Positions 30,534 to 40,280 of a stretch of DNA of 64,000 nucleotides are shown here, piece after piece. The position numbers and the translations under genes are program-made. Position 1 is the stretch's first letter. Every line of letters starts with the position of its first letter. The stretch lies in the NCBI GenBank assembly GCA_963810275.1, contig CAWENF010000020.1:32001-96000 (forward strand), given 5' to 3'. The stretch is from an uncultured archaeon (GTDB lineage: Archaea; Thermoproteota; Bathyarchaeia; Bathyarchaeales; Bathycorpusculaceae). Under the pieces are notes generated by a model. It did not search any database, was not told where the DNA came from, and was given only the letters and a program-made list of their open reading frames with translations.

Positions 30534-31574
30534 TTGGAAAGAAAAATTATGTCTTTAGGCAAATCATCTCTCGTAGTTTCCCTTCCTAAAGAGTGGATGC
30601 AACTAAATGACCTCAAAAAAGGTGAAACCATCTCCTTTAACATCCAACCAAACCGCTCACTAGTCATCTACCCAAGTGCACTAAAAAAAATGGAGCAAAG
30701 GGAAATCACGCTCATCATCGGACAGAATGAGGAGGAGATTCTCATCACACAAAAAATCCTTGGTGCATTCTTAAACGGTTATGGCGGCATAATGCTTTCC
30801 TCAAAGAGTATCTTCACGATCCCGCAAACTAAGGCTATTCGAAATATGTCTGCCCGCCTCTACATGAGAGTCATGGAAGCCGACGCAAAAAATGTTTACA
30901 TCCAAAGTCTTATGGACGAAACCAAAGCTTCGCTTGAGCAAGCCATTCAGCGTATGCACCTCATTTCGCGCTCCATGTGTGAGGGTGCATTTGAATCCCT
31001 AAAAAACAGAGATGTTGCATTAGCTAAATCCTCTTATTCTCTCGACGACGACGTAGACCACTTCGCGTTTTTCATCATCCGTATGCTGCGAAACGCCGCT
31101 CAAAACCTTCACTTAGCCAACGAGTTGCACATTGACCCTGTGGACGGTATGGATTACCAAATGTTAGTTACTCACGTTGAGCATGCTTCCGACTATGCAG
31201 CTGATATAACGCGGCATATAATCATGCTTAACGGAGCCAAACAAACCATACCCGATGATGTATTGGCGTTGATGGTTACTGCGGGCAATGAAGTTACAGA
31301 ACTATACGTGAAAGCGATGGAGGCTTTCGTTAACAAAGACGTCAACGCAGCCGTAGCCATAATGAAGTACCGCCAGAAGATGGAGAAAATTGATGTTGAA
31401 ATAACTTCACGTTCGTTTACAGGTCCTCAGAAAAGCGCCGAGCTGGTCTGCGGGATTTGCAGCATACGTGACAATATAAAACGCATTGCGCACTGTACGT
31501 TTAATATTGCTGAGGCGGCTGTGAACCGAGCTTTCAAAGAAGCAGAGACAATATATAACACAAAAAATAGCTAA
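30534..31574 (+). CDS. AbrB-PhoU archaeal regulator
   Basis: RKIMSLGKSSLVVSLPKEW AbrB domain plus two PhoU helical repeats (DDDVDH, EHASDY). Confidence 0.88.
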   Translation: MERKIMSLGKSSLVVSLPKEWMQLNDLKKGETISFNIQPNRSLVIYPSALKKMEQREITLIIGQNEEEILITQKILGAFLNGYGGIMLSSKSIFTIPQTKAIRNMSARLYMRVMEADAKNVYIQSLMDETKASLEQAIQRMHLISRSMCEGAFESLKNRDVALAKSSYSLDDDVDHFAFFIIRMLRNAAQNLHLANELHIDPVDGMDYQMLVTHVEHASDYAADITRHIIMLNGAKQTIPDDVLALMVTAGNEVTELYVKAMEAFVNKDVNAAVAIMKYRQKMEKIDVEITSRSFTGPQKSAELVCGICSIRDNIKRIAHCTFNIAEAAVNRAFKEAETIYNTKNS

Positions 31575-31617
31575 AATCAAATTAAAAATGAAAAGGTAAC
31601 CCCGTTGGGGGTTAGGG

Positions 31618-33042
31618 TTACTGTTTGGGCTTTTTATTCTGCAGGTATTCGTGAATGGCTTTTGCTGCGGTTTTGCCTGTGCCCATTGCGCTGATGACGG
31701 TTGCTTCGCCTGTTGCGATGTCGCCACCGACATAAACGCCTTCAAGGCTGGTTTTAAATTTTTCGTCGCTTGCAATGATACCGCCCCGCTGAGTCCTAAG
31801 CCCAGGAGTGGTGCCTTGTAAGATTGGGTTGGGGGTACGTCCGATTGCCACTATAACTGTGTCGACTTCAATGGTTGTCTGCGATCCCTCTATAGGTGCT
31901 ACTTGGCGTCTCCCAGTGTCGTCTTCATCGCAGAGGCGCATCGAAATGGTCTCCATGGCTTTAACGTTGCCTTTGTCGTCGCCGAAGAACTTGAGGGGTG
32001 CCGTGAGGAACTTGAAGACTATGCCTTCTTCTTCTGCGTTCTCGATTTCCTCGAGTCGTGCAGGCATTTCGTCTCTGGAGCGGCGATATATCAGTGAAAC
32101 AGTATCTGCCCCTAAGCGGAGTGCGCATCTGGCTGAGTCTAATGCGACGTTGCCGCCGCCGATGACCACAACTTTTTTGCCTACTCTGATGGGGGTTTTA
32201 CTTTCTGGGAAGTTGTAGCTCTTCATCAGGTTTACGCGGATAAGGAATTCGTTTGCGCTGTAGATGCCGTTTAAGTTTTCACCGGGAACGTTTAGGAATT
32301 TAGGTAAACCTGCTCCAGTGCCGATAAAGACTGCTTCGTAGCCGTTTGCGAATAGTTCCTCGACTGTGAAGATTCTGCCGATGAGGTTATCAGGCTTGAA
32401 TTCAGCACCGAGTTTAGTGATGTAGTCAATTTCAGCTTGCACGATACGTTTTGGTAAACGGAATTCTGGAATGCCGTAAACCAAGACACCTCCGCCAGTG
32501 TGGAGCGCCTCGAAAATTGTAACTTTGTAGCCGAGTTTCGCCAAGTCCGCGGCAACTGTCAAGCCTGCGGGCCCTGCACCTACAACAGCCACTTTTCTGC
32601 CGTTACCCGACGCCACATCTGGAACGGCAATGCCCTTTTGTTGCTCTTTGTCGGCAACGAAACGTTCAAGTCGTCCAATGCTGACTGGCTCGCCGCGTCT
32701 GCCTATGACACAGTTTTTCTGGCATTGCTCTTCTTGAGGGCAAACCCTACCGCAGATAGCTGGAAGACTGTTTTTTTCCTTGATCTTCTTGATGGATTCA
32801 TCATATTTTTTTTCTTTGATTAAGCCGATGAAGCCGGGAATATCTACGCCGACGGGGCAACCTTCCACGCAGGCGGGTTTGGGGCAGCTTAGGCACCGAT
32901 TAGCTTCAGCTTGGGCTTCCTCTTCGGTGTAGCCTAAAACTACTTCTTTGAAGTTTTTACTTCGTTCGGCGGGTTCTTGTTTTTGGACTTCGACTGCCTT
33001 AAAGCGATCTTGGCGTTTAGATTCTTTTACTGGCTGTGACAT
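31618..33042 (-). CDS. nfnB: NfnB/SudA large subunit (GltD-like NADPH-dependent flavoprotein)
   Basis: RCLSC..CVEGCP, CGRVCP, GAGPAG, YGIPEFRL, GGGNVA. Confidence 0.88.
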   Translation of the reverse strand: MSQPVKESKRQDRFKAVEVQKQEPAERSKNFKEVVLGYTEEEAQAEANRCLSCPKPACVEGCPVGVDIPGFIGLIKEKKYDESIKKIKEKNSLPAICGRVCPQEEQCQKNCVIGRRGEPVSIGRLERFVADKEQQKGIAVPDVASGNGRKVAVVGAGPAGLTVAADLAKLGYKVTIFEALHTGGGVLVYGIPEFRLPKRIVQAEIDYITKLGAEFKPDNLIGRIFTVEELFANGYEAVFIGTGAGLPKFLNVPGENLNGIYSANEFLIRVNLMKSYNFPESKTPIRVGKKVVVIGGGNVALDSARCALRLGADTVSLIYRRSRDEMPARLEEIENAEEEGIVFKFLTAPLKFFGDDKGNVKAMETISMRLCDEDDTGRRQVAPIEGSQTTIEVDTVIVAIGRTPNPILQGTTPGLRTQRGGIIASDEKFKTSLEGVYVGGDIATGEATVISAMGTGKTAAKAIHEYLQNKKPKQ

Positions 33043-33893
33043 TTGCATGTTCCTCCTTGGTGTGAGAGTGAGGGGTGCTTTTCTTCATCGCAGTAGCATT
33101 TGAGCCTCTGAATTAGTTCTTTAAAGTTGACTTGATGAGCGTCAAATTCTGGTCCGTCCACACAGGCAAACTTTGTTTTGTCACCGATAGAGACACGGCA
33201 GGCGCCACACATGCCCATACCGTCAACCATAATTGGGTTGAGGCTTGCTATAGTTTTAATGCCGTAGGGGCGGGTTAAGTCCGCAATTACGCTCATCATG
33301 ATGGGGGGACCAATAGCAAAAACTATATCAAAGTTATAGTGTTTTGCGATAAGTGTTTTTAGAACATCACTTACAAAGCCTTTCTGTCCTTTGGTGCCGT
33401 CGTCAGAAGCAAAGAAAACTTCGTCTGAAACCTCCGCCATCTCTTTTTCGAGGATGAAGAGTTCAACGTTTCGTGCACCGATAATTGAAACCACTTTGTT
33501 TCCGGCTTCTTTTAGGGCTTTAGCCACGGGGTATGCAACTGCAGTGCCTAAGCCGCCGCAAACAACTGCTGCGTTGCCGAATTTTTTGATTTCACTGGGG
33601 TTGCCCAAGGGGCCTGCGACGTTAGAGAGTTTTTCGCCGACTTTAAGTGCACCCAGTTCTTTGGTAGAGTAGCCGACTTCTTGGAAGAAGTGTGTGATGG
33701 TTCCTTCTTTTTTGCTCCACGCAGACAGTGTAAGGGGTATGCGTTCGCTGTCTTCGTGGACTTTGAAGATTACAAATTGCCCAGCAGCTGCCTTTGCGGC
33801 TATGTCGGGGGCGTAAACTGTTATTTTTTTGGTTACGGAGTTTAGTTGTTGTATATCCATTACTTGGTTAACTTGCGGTGCGGTTTGATCCAT
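33027..33893 (-). CDS. nfnA: NfnA/SudB small subunit (FAD, 2Fe-2S)
   Basis: ERIPLT, GPLG, MVDGMGMCGACRV, CVDGPEF; coupled to the GltD-like gene. Confidence 0.88.
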   Translation of the reverse strand: MDQTAPQVNQVMDIQQLNSVTKKITVYAPDIAAKAAAGQFVIFKVHEDSERIPLTLSAWSKKEGTITHFFQEVGYSTKELGALKVGEKLSNVAGPLGNPSEIKKFGNAAVVCGGLGTAVAYPVAKALKEAGNKVVSIIGARNVELFILEKEMAEVSDEVFFASDDGTKGQKGFVSDVLKTLIAKHYNFDIVFAIGPPIMMSVIADLTRPYGIKTIASLNPIMVDGMGMCGACRVSIGDKTKFACVDGPEFDAHQVNFKELIQRLKCYCDEEKHPSLSHQGGTCKCHSQ

Positions 33894-34079
33894 TTTTCTA
33901 ATTCTCCATTTTTAACAACAAGCTCAACACGAGACGGTGGGTATATACAATATATATGCTATAAAAGGCTTGCTGGTTACAAAACGCCGCCGCAACATCA
34001 AAAAAGCAACCCCAAAACGTCCCATAGCACTAACCTTAAGTGTTCAGAAGCCCAAAATACAGCACGGAGACCCGCCGAA

Positions 34080-34400
34080 ATGACCCCTCTAAGCTACCGA
34101 TTCAAGCTCTGGATGATAAACGACAAAAACGAAGCAGTTTTTGGCGACGGCATCGCACGCCTACTTGAAGAAATCCAAGAATACCACTCCATACTGGAAG
34201 CTGCCAAACACTTAGGAATGTCATACCGCTATGCCCTCCACAGAATAAACATATCAGAAGAGCGCTTGGGCGAGTCACTGGTTACGAGGGTTAGGGGGGG
34301 CGCTAAAGGTGGAGGCTCAAGCGAAGTGACGCCGTATGGGAAGAAGATAGTTTTACAGTTCCGAAAAATGCAAGAAAAAATTGACGATACCGCCAAATGA
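34080..34400 (+). CDS. modE: ModE-type winged-HTH regulator (DNA-binding domain only)
   Basis: FGDGIARLLEEI..SILEAAKHLGMSYRYA..RGGAKGGGSEVTPYG; start at ATG 34080. Confidence 0.82.
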   Translation: MTPLSYRFKLWMINDKNEAVFGDGIARLLEEIQEYHSILEAAKHLGMSYRYALHRINISEERLGESLVTRVRGGAKGGGSSEVTPYGKKIVLQFRKMQEKIDDTAK

Positions 34401-34412
34401 AGAAGGGAAAAG

Positions 34413-35186
34413 ATGAAGGTTCTTGTTTGCGGCAAGGGCGGCAGCGGCAAAAGCACTTTGACAGCGCTTTTAGCCAAAAACCTGCACGCTAAAGGCTGGC
34501 AAGTTTTGGTGGTGGACGCGGACGAATCGAACTTCGGGTTAAGCCCCCAACTCGGAATACCAGCACCAACAGAGCTGATGGAATACATCGGAGGCAAACG
34601 GGCAGTCCAGAGCAAAATGGGCAAAGTGCAGGGTGACGGACACAAAGCACCCGTATTTAGCGACTTCTGGACTTTCGGCGACATTCCAAAACAAGCTATT
34701 TCTGGCGGCGAAGGCGTGTTTTTGGTTCAAGTTGGCAAAGTGAAGCATTACGGGGAAGGCTGCGCGTGCCCCATGGGAGTGCTTGCCAAGGACTTCCTAA
34801 ACCACCTCAAACTAAACGCAGGCGACATAGCCATTGTTGATACCGAGGCGGGCGTGGAGCATTTGGGCAGAGGCTTAGCAGGCGCCGCAGACTTGATTTT
34901 CGCGGTTATTGACCCCTCCTATGAGTCTATTCGGCTCTCAGAGAAAATCGCGGATATGGCAAAAGAAAGCCAAAAGCCCTTGCGGTTTGTTCTAAACAGG
35001 GTGGAGGGGGATTTTGCTGATAAAATCACAGCTAAAGTTGGTAAAGACAGTATTGTTGCTGAGTTGCCCTTTAGCAAGACGATTCAGGAGAAAGGATTGA
35101 TGGGTGAACCGTTGGACATTGATGTGCCAAGCGTGGAAGCCATCGCAACCTTAGTGCTAAACGCTAAAGAAGAAAAACAGGCTTAG
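34413..35186 (+). CDS. cooC: CooC-family metal-insertion ATPase
   Basis: GKGGSGKST, VDADESN, GCACP, DTEAGVEHLGRG. Confidence 0.85.
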   Translation: MKVLVCGKGGSGKSTLTALLAKNLHAKGWQVLVVDADESNFGLSPQLGIPAPTELMEYIGGKRAVQSKMGKVQGDGHKAPVFSDFWTFGDIPKQAISGGEGVFLVQVGKVKHYGEGCACPMGVLAKDFLNHLKLNAGDIAIVDTEAGVEHLGRGLAGAADLIFAVIDPSYESIRLSEKIADMAKESQKPLRFVLNRVEGDFADKITAKVGKDSIVAELPFSKTIQEKGLMGEPLDIDVPSVEAIATLVLNAKEEKQA

Positions 35187-35189
35187 CTG

Positions 35190-35675
35190 CTATTTGCAAA
35201 ATCTACCGTCGTCTTTTGCGTTTGGGAGCTTGTGGAGTTTACTGCTAAACCAGCCAACTCGGGTTGGCTGGCGACAGTCAAATTCGGGCACAAACGGCTT
35301 GACATCAAGCACAGGCGTCCCATCAAGCAGGTCAAGTTCCTCAACTCGGAGGATGTTACCTGCTACGGCAGTTAGTTTTAGAACTGAGAGACCAATTTTG
35401 TTTGGTCTTGCAGGCGCTCGTGTAGCAAAAATGCCATGCGTTTGGTCGTCCAGAAAAGGCTTAACGGTCAGGTGAGTCACGGTTACTTTATGGAAATGAT
35501 AAAGCAGAATAATATACGAGAAGCCTTCCAAATCGCGTAATCCTTCGTCGTATTGGGTATAGATTTCTATTGTACCCTCAGACTGTTTTGAGGCGGCGGC
35601 TTGGATGGGAACGTTTTTGGGTTCTTTAAACTGGGAGTGGACGACACCTATGGGTTTGTAGGTTATGGTATTCAC
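35190..35675 (-). CDS. trmO: TrmO/TsaA-family SAM-binding methyltransferase
   Basis: PIGVVHS, GIFATRAPARPNKIGLS, LDLLDGTPVLDVKP. Confidence 0.85.
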   Translation of the reverse strand: MNTITYKPIGVVHSQFKEPKNVPIQAAASKQSEGTIEIYTQYDEGLRDLEGFSYIILLYHFHKVTVTHLTVKPFLDDQTHGIFATRAPARPNKIGLSVLKLTAVAGNILRVEELDLLDGTPVLDVKPFVPEFDCRQPTRVGWFSSKLHKLPNAKDDGRFCK

Positions 35676-35738
35676 TGTTTTTTGCTCCTTTATTTCTTAG
35701 GGTAAACTGTGATTTAATTTGTGCTATTTGTGGCGGGT

Positions 35739-36842
35739 TTAGTTGGCGTTTTCTTCAAACACATTCAACGCTTCGGGGCTAAAGTTGGCGTTTACTTTGT
35801 CGCCTATGCTTAGCCCTAAAACCTTAAGCGTTCTAAGCGAAGCACGGGCTTTTAAGAGGAACCCTACGTCGACTGTGACTTGGGCGGAGGAACGCATGTG
35901 CGTCATCTCGACCACTGTGCCCGCTACGGAATTGCCTGTGTTGCTTTTGGGTTTGGTGTTTTGTTGGTTTGACAAGGAAATATCTTCAGGTTTTAGAGTA
36001 GCGACAATATTGTGTCCCACCAAATTGTGCGAAGTTGAAGATAACAAGCAAACGCCGTCAACGTTAACTTCCAACAAGCCGCCCTGACCTCCGACTGCTT
36101 TGGCGTCAAACACGTTAAGCCCAAAAAACTTGGCGACATAGCTTGATTTTGGTTTATCGAAGAGCTCGTTACTTGTACCGATTTGCTGGACACAACCGTT
36201 ACCCATCAATGCAACTCTGTCAGACATGACAAATGCTTCGGAGAGGTTATGCGTAACATAGATAACAGTGATTTCAAGACTTCGCAGATAACTCTTCAAT
36301 TGCAGCCTGAAGGATTCTTTTAGTTGAGGGTCAACCGCCGAAACAGGTTCATCAAGCAACAACACGCGCGGCTCAGTAGCCAGTGAACGCGCAAGCGCCG
36401 CCCGCTGCTTTTGTCCCCCGCTAAGCTGATGGGGATAGTACTCGGCATATTCGCCGAGTTCTACAAACTCCAGCAGTTTTAGGGTGCGGGTCTTCACTTC
36501 CTGCTGGGATAGGTTCATGGATTTTAAGCCGAAAGCGATGTTGCCTTGGATTTTCATATGGGGAAACAGGGAGATTGTTTGGAAAACGTAGCCGACTTTG
36601 CGTTCAGAAGGCGTAAGGTGAACGGTTTTTTTTGCACAGGTGCCAAATGCCAAATCCCCATCTATGTATACGCTGCCTGAGTCAGGTCGAGATAGCCCAG
36701 CTAAAACGTTTAGCAGGGTGGTTTTTCCGCAGCCGTTAGGACCAAGCAGGGTGAGGATCTCTTTAGCGCCTACGTGCAAGTTTAGGTCTTTTAGAACATA
36801 TTTTTCCCCGTAAGCTTTGTTTATTGATTGAAGGCGTATCAT
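35739..36842 (-). CDS. modC: molybdate/tungstate ABC transporter ATPase with TOBE domain
   Basis: GPNGCGKTT, LSGGQKQR, LLLDEP, VTH; operon context. Confidence 0.88.
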   Translation of the reverse strand: MIRLQSINKAYGEKYVLKDLNLHVGAKEILTLLGPNGCGKTTLLNVLAGLSRPDSGSVYIDGDLAFGTCAKKTVHLTPSERKVGYVFQTISLFPHMKIQGNIAFGLKSMNLSQQEVKTRTLKLLEFVELGEYAEYYPHQLSGGQKQRAALARSLATEPRVLLLDEPVSAVDPQLKESFRLQLKSYLRSLEITVIYVTHNLSEAFVMSDRVALMGNGCVQQIGTSNELFDKPKSSYVAKFFGLNVFDAKAVGGQGGLLEVNVDGVCLLSSTSHNLVGHNIVATLKPEDISLSNQQNTKPKSNTGNSVAGTVVEMTHMRSSAQVTVDVGFLLKARASLRTLKVLGLSIGDKVNANFSPEALNVFEENAN

Positions 36843-37675
36843 TTTTTGGCTCCGAACCGTTTCTTTTCAAGCACCTTTATGAGAATAAGTATGGAGAAAG
36901 ATATGGCAATTAAAACTGTTGACAGCATAACGCCTGCTAATGGGTCTGAGCTCATCAACACATAAATTGCAAGGGGCGTAGTTTGGGTGACACCTGGAAT
37001 GTTGCCTGCAAACATGATAGTGGCGCCGAATTCCCCCATCGCACGAGCCCAAGTCATCATAACACCAGAAATAATAACGCTGCCGGCAAGGGGCAATGTG
37101 ACTGTGAAGAACACACGCAGACGCGAGTCGCATAGAACGCGGGCGCTATTTACGACATCTTGATTGATGCTTTCGAAGCCCGCTTTGGCTGAACGTAGAA
37201 TAAACGGTGATGAAACAAATATTTGTGCTAAAATCACAGCTAGGGTTGTACCGGGTACCTGTAGCCCCACGCTTTCAAAAATAGGACCTAAGATGCCTCT
37301 TGGCGCAAACGCTAAAAGCAAGGCTACACCCGCAACGGCAGGAGGCAAAACTATGGGTAAATCGATCAGGGTATCTAGGACGGATTTGCCAGGGAACTTG
37401 CGGGTCACCATAAAGTAAGCTGTTGGAACAGTAAGAGCAATAGAGATAAGGGTTGATATGGCAGAGGTGAAAAGGCTGAGTTGTATGGCCTCTATAATTG
37501 CTGTGTTTTGCAGTTGTGCACCGACTTGGCTGGGGTCGATGCGTAGAAACACTGCCAGAAGGGGCAGTGTGATAAAAAACAGGTAGGTTAAGACGACTAG
37601 AATCATAATGGTGAGGACTATTTTGTTTGTAAAGCGTGAGAGCTTATTGGAAGGTCGGGATCGGTTTTGGTTCAA
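36839..37675 (-). CDS. modB: molybdate ABC transporter permease
   Basis: DLPIVLPPAVAG, WARAMGEFGATIMFAGN. Confidence 0.9.
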   Translation of the reverse strand: MNQNRSRPSNKLSRFTNKIVLTIMILVVLTYLFFITLPLLAVFLRIDPSQVGAQLQNTAIIEAIQLSLFTSAISTLISIALTVPTAYFMVTRKFPGKSVLDTLIDLPIVLPPAVAGVALLLAFAPRGILGPIFESVGLQVPGTTLAVILAQIFVSSPFILRSAKAGFESINQDVVNSARVLCDSRLRVFFTVTLPLAGSVIISGVMMTWARAMGEFGATIMFAGNIPGVTQTTPLAIYVLMSSDPLAGVMLSTVLIAISFSILILIKVLEKKRFGAKK

Positions 37676-37734
37676 GCCGTTAACACCATCAGTTGAGGTT
37701 TAAAAAAGGTTTGAGGGATATATTTTGTGTATCT

Positions 37735-38584
37735 CTAAGTGCCAAACCCGAATTCTTGTAGGAGCGCTTGTCCTTCGTTGCTGGTCCAGAAATCCACGTA
37801 TTTCTGGGCTAACGCCGGGTTTTTCACACTGTCTACGATTCCGATGCCGTAGGTACCCACCGTATTTACTGAATCGGGGATTTCAATGAAATCTTAGCTC
37901 TGAACCAACCATAGTAGCGTATGTAGCGTCTGAAACAAAACCAACGCCAGCATCTACTGTACCCAAGCCCAGTGAGACTTTTCCAACTACATCTTCCACG
38001 GTTACTTCGTAGGACACGACGTTATTTAGGAATCTACTGCGGTAGTTTTCCCACTCTGAACCCTTATATTCTGGGCTACTTGGGTTGCCCCAAGTGGCGT
38101 CTATTTTGGTTAAGGTTTTGTTGGTGTAGGAGCCTACTGGGACGGCGAAGTCTGCAATAACGATTTTTACGCCGGGTCTTACAAGGTCAAGCAGAGAGGT
38201 TATTTGTTGGGGGTTGTCTTGGGGTACGAGTACTACAATTTTGTTTCTGGTAAAGTTTTGATAACCGTTATAGAGAAGGTCAGCTTCGTTTAGTTTTTTG
38301 GTCCATTTTTGGTCTGCTGCCATGTATACGTCGCAGGGTGAGCCTGAAGTGATTTGCTGGTAGAGGGTATTTGACCCTGCGAAGTTAAGAATAATGTTAC
38401 AGTGATTTTGGGTGTTGAATTCGTTGGTCATGCTGGCGGTAACTTTTGTGAGGCTAGCAGCTATGAAAACGCGAAGTTCTTCTTGGGGTTTGCTGTCTGT
38501 TTGGGTTGAGTTGTAGAAGTAGTATCCGCCTGCTGTAGCGACCGCTATTATTATGATTAGGAGTATTGCAATGGTGGTGTTCAT
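37735..38584 (-). CDS. modA: molybdate-binding protein, interrupted by a +1 frameshift near 37890
   Basis: AASL, FAGSNTL, VPVGSY; removing one T restores FIEIPDSVNTVGTYGIGIV...ALLQEFGFGT-stop at 37735. Confidence 0.85.
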
Positions 38585-38594
38585 ACAGACCCAC

Positions 38595-38620
38595 TCGATG
38601 TTACCACCCAGTAACTTCGA
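38595..38620. promoter_or_regulatory. candidate ModE-type operator upstream of modA
   Basis: TCGATGTTAC-N6-GTAACTTCGA; 10-bp arms with one mismatch; related site upstream of moeA. Confidence 0.6.
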
Positions 38621-38668
38621 TATAATTAAAGGTTTTTATTAACATTTAAGAACAAAACAGCAAAACAC

Positions 38669-39589
38669 CTAATGACCGCCGCCCTCAATCATCCCATAAA
38701 CATGCAAAACCCCAGGCAACAAAGCACTAAGCGACTCTGCCACACCCTTCGCACTCCCTGGCAAATTAACAACCACCGATTTACCACGCACACCACACAC
38801 GCCACGTGATAGCATCGCAAACGGCGTCCTTCGCTGCCCATACGCCCGGATAACCTCAGACACACCCTTGATTTCCTTTTCCAAAACCTTCATGGTTGCA
38901 TCAACGGTTACGTCTCGGGGTCCCAAGCCAGTTCCACCGCTGGTAACAACCAAATCCATTTTTGATTCATCGCAGAGGCATTTTAGTGTGATTTCGATTA
39001 GATCTGCTTCATCAGGAACAACAATATAATCGTCCACAGAGAACCCGTATGACTTGAGTTTGTCAATTGCAAGTTTACCTGATCTATCATCGCGCTCGCC
39101 TCGACTAGTAGAATCACTAACAACCACTACAGCGGCTTTCAGTGTGCGGTCGTATTTAGTTGCAAAACTCTTTAAGCCGCCGCTCTTACCCAACAACTTC
39201 ACACTCCCAATGGAGAGTTCCTCATCAACTGGCTTTAACATGTCATAAATCGTTAATGCGGCTACGGAGGCGGCTGCCATGGCTTCCATTTCCACACCAG
39301 TCTTCCAGACCGTTTTAACTTCGGTATCCACAATTATGGAAGCTTCCTTTAGGGTTACGTCGATTTTGATGTAGTCTATTGGGATGGGGTGGCAGTATGG
39401 GATGATGTCGGCGGTGTGTTTAGCTACCATGGTTCCAGCGTACCGTGCAGCCTCAATGATGTCGCCTTTAGGGGATTTGCCCTCAAGAATCAGCTTAATG
39501 GTTTCCGGGTTAACGTTTACGATTGCCTGCGCCCACGCCTGTCGCAGCGTATCAGGTTTCTCCGATACATCAAACATGCCCATTCTCAT
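38669..39589 (-). CDS. moaCB: MoaC-MoaB/MogA fusion
   Basis: MFDVSEK, IIPYCHP, TGVEMEA, IYDMLK; then GGTGLGPRDVT, NLPGS. Confidence 0.92.
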   Translation of the reverse strand: MRMGMFDVSEKPDTLRQAWAQAIVNVNPETIKLILEGKSPKGDIIEAARYAGTMVAKHTADIIPYCHPIPIDYIKIDVTLKEASIIVDTEVKTVWKTGVEMEAMAAASVAALTIYDMLKPVDEELSIGSVKLLGKSGGLKSFATKYDRTLKAAVVVVSDSTSRGERDDRSGKLAIDKLKSYGFSVDDYIVVPDEADLIEITLKCLCDESKMDLVVTSGGTGLGPRDVTVDATMKVLEKEIKGVSEVIRAYGQRRTPFAMLSRGVCGVRGKSVVVNLPGSAKGVAESLSALLPGVLHVYGMIEGGGH

Positions 39590-40007
39590 TGTCCTCCAAC
39601 ATTACGCCTTCTATCCATCTGGAGCCTGAATTAGATATTTCTTTCTTCCAAATAGGAGCTGCAGTCTTAATCGTGTCAATTGCGTATCGTGCGGCTTCGA
39701 AGGCTTCGGCGCGGTGCGCGGCGGATGCGGCTACTGCCACTATGATTTCGCCCACTTTGAGGTTACCTATACGGTGCACAGCAGCAAATTTGCTTAGGTT
39801 CCACCGTTTGAGGGCATACTGCTCTATACGTTGCATGGCTTCCTGTGCCATCTCTACGTATCCTTCAAAGTAGATTTCGGAAACTGTGCCTTCGTCGCTG
39901 TTGTTTCGCACGGTACCCAAAAACAGCACCACTCCGCCTGCTGCATCGTCCTCAACGTTTTGCAAGACTTTGGGTACATCTATTGGGTCTGTGGTTACTG
40001 AAATCAT
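39570..40007 (-). CDS. moaE: molybdopterin synthase catalytic subunit
   Basis: GGVVLFLGTVR, HRIGNL, HRAEAF, APIWKKE. Confidence 0.93.
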   Translation of the reverse strand: MISVTTDPIDVPKVLQNVEDDAAGGVVLFLGTVRNNSDEGTVSEIYFEGYVEMAQEAMQRIEQYALKRWNLSKFAAVHRIGNLKVGEIIVAVAASAAHRAEAFEAARYAIDTIKTAAPIWKKEISNSGSRWIEGVMLEDNENGHV

Positions 40008-40011
40008 TTTT

Positions 40012-40275
40012 TTACCCTCCTGAAACCAGCGGCATAATCGCCACTTCATCACTGGATGTAACTTGTGAAGTGTCTAGTGCAACGTGACGATTCACTGTGA
40101 CAATAAAATATGCCTTAGTTAAAGCCAACTGCGGGTAAGTAACTTTTAGCTTGTTTCGCAGGTCAGCTACAGACGCAACGTCGCCATTGAGGGTTACTGT
40201 GACGTTTTTTTCACCCAATGCCTCACGGAACAGCCCGAAAACCTTCACTTCAACATCAAATTGGTTTTTAGCCAA
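40012..40275 (-). CDS. moaD: MoaD/SAMP sulfur carrier
   Basis: Ubiquitin-like fold ending DEVAIMPLVSGG; TTG start after GGAGG inferred. Confidence 0.88.
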   Translation of the reverse strand: MAKNQFDVEVKVFGLFREALGEKNVTVTLNGDVASVADLRNKLKVTYPQLALTKAYFIVTVNRHVALDTSQVTSSDEVAIMPLVSGG

Positions 40276-40280
40276 CCTGT

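Noticed and set aside
33846-34079. N-terminal extension of ModE
   Set aside because: Overlaps the nfnA start and divergent promoter; the domain begins after ATG 34080.
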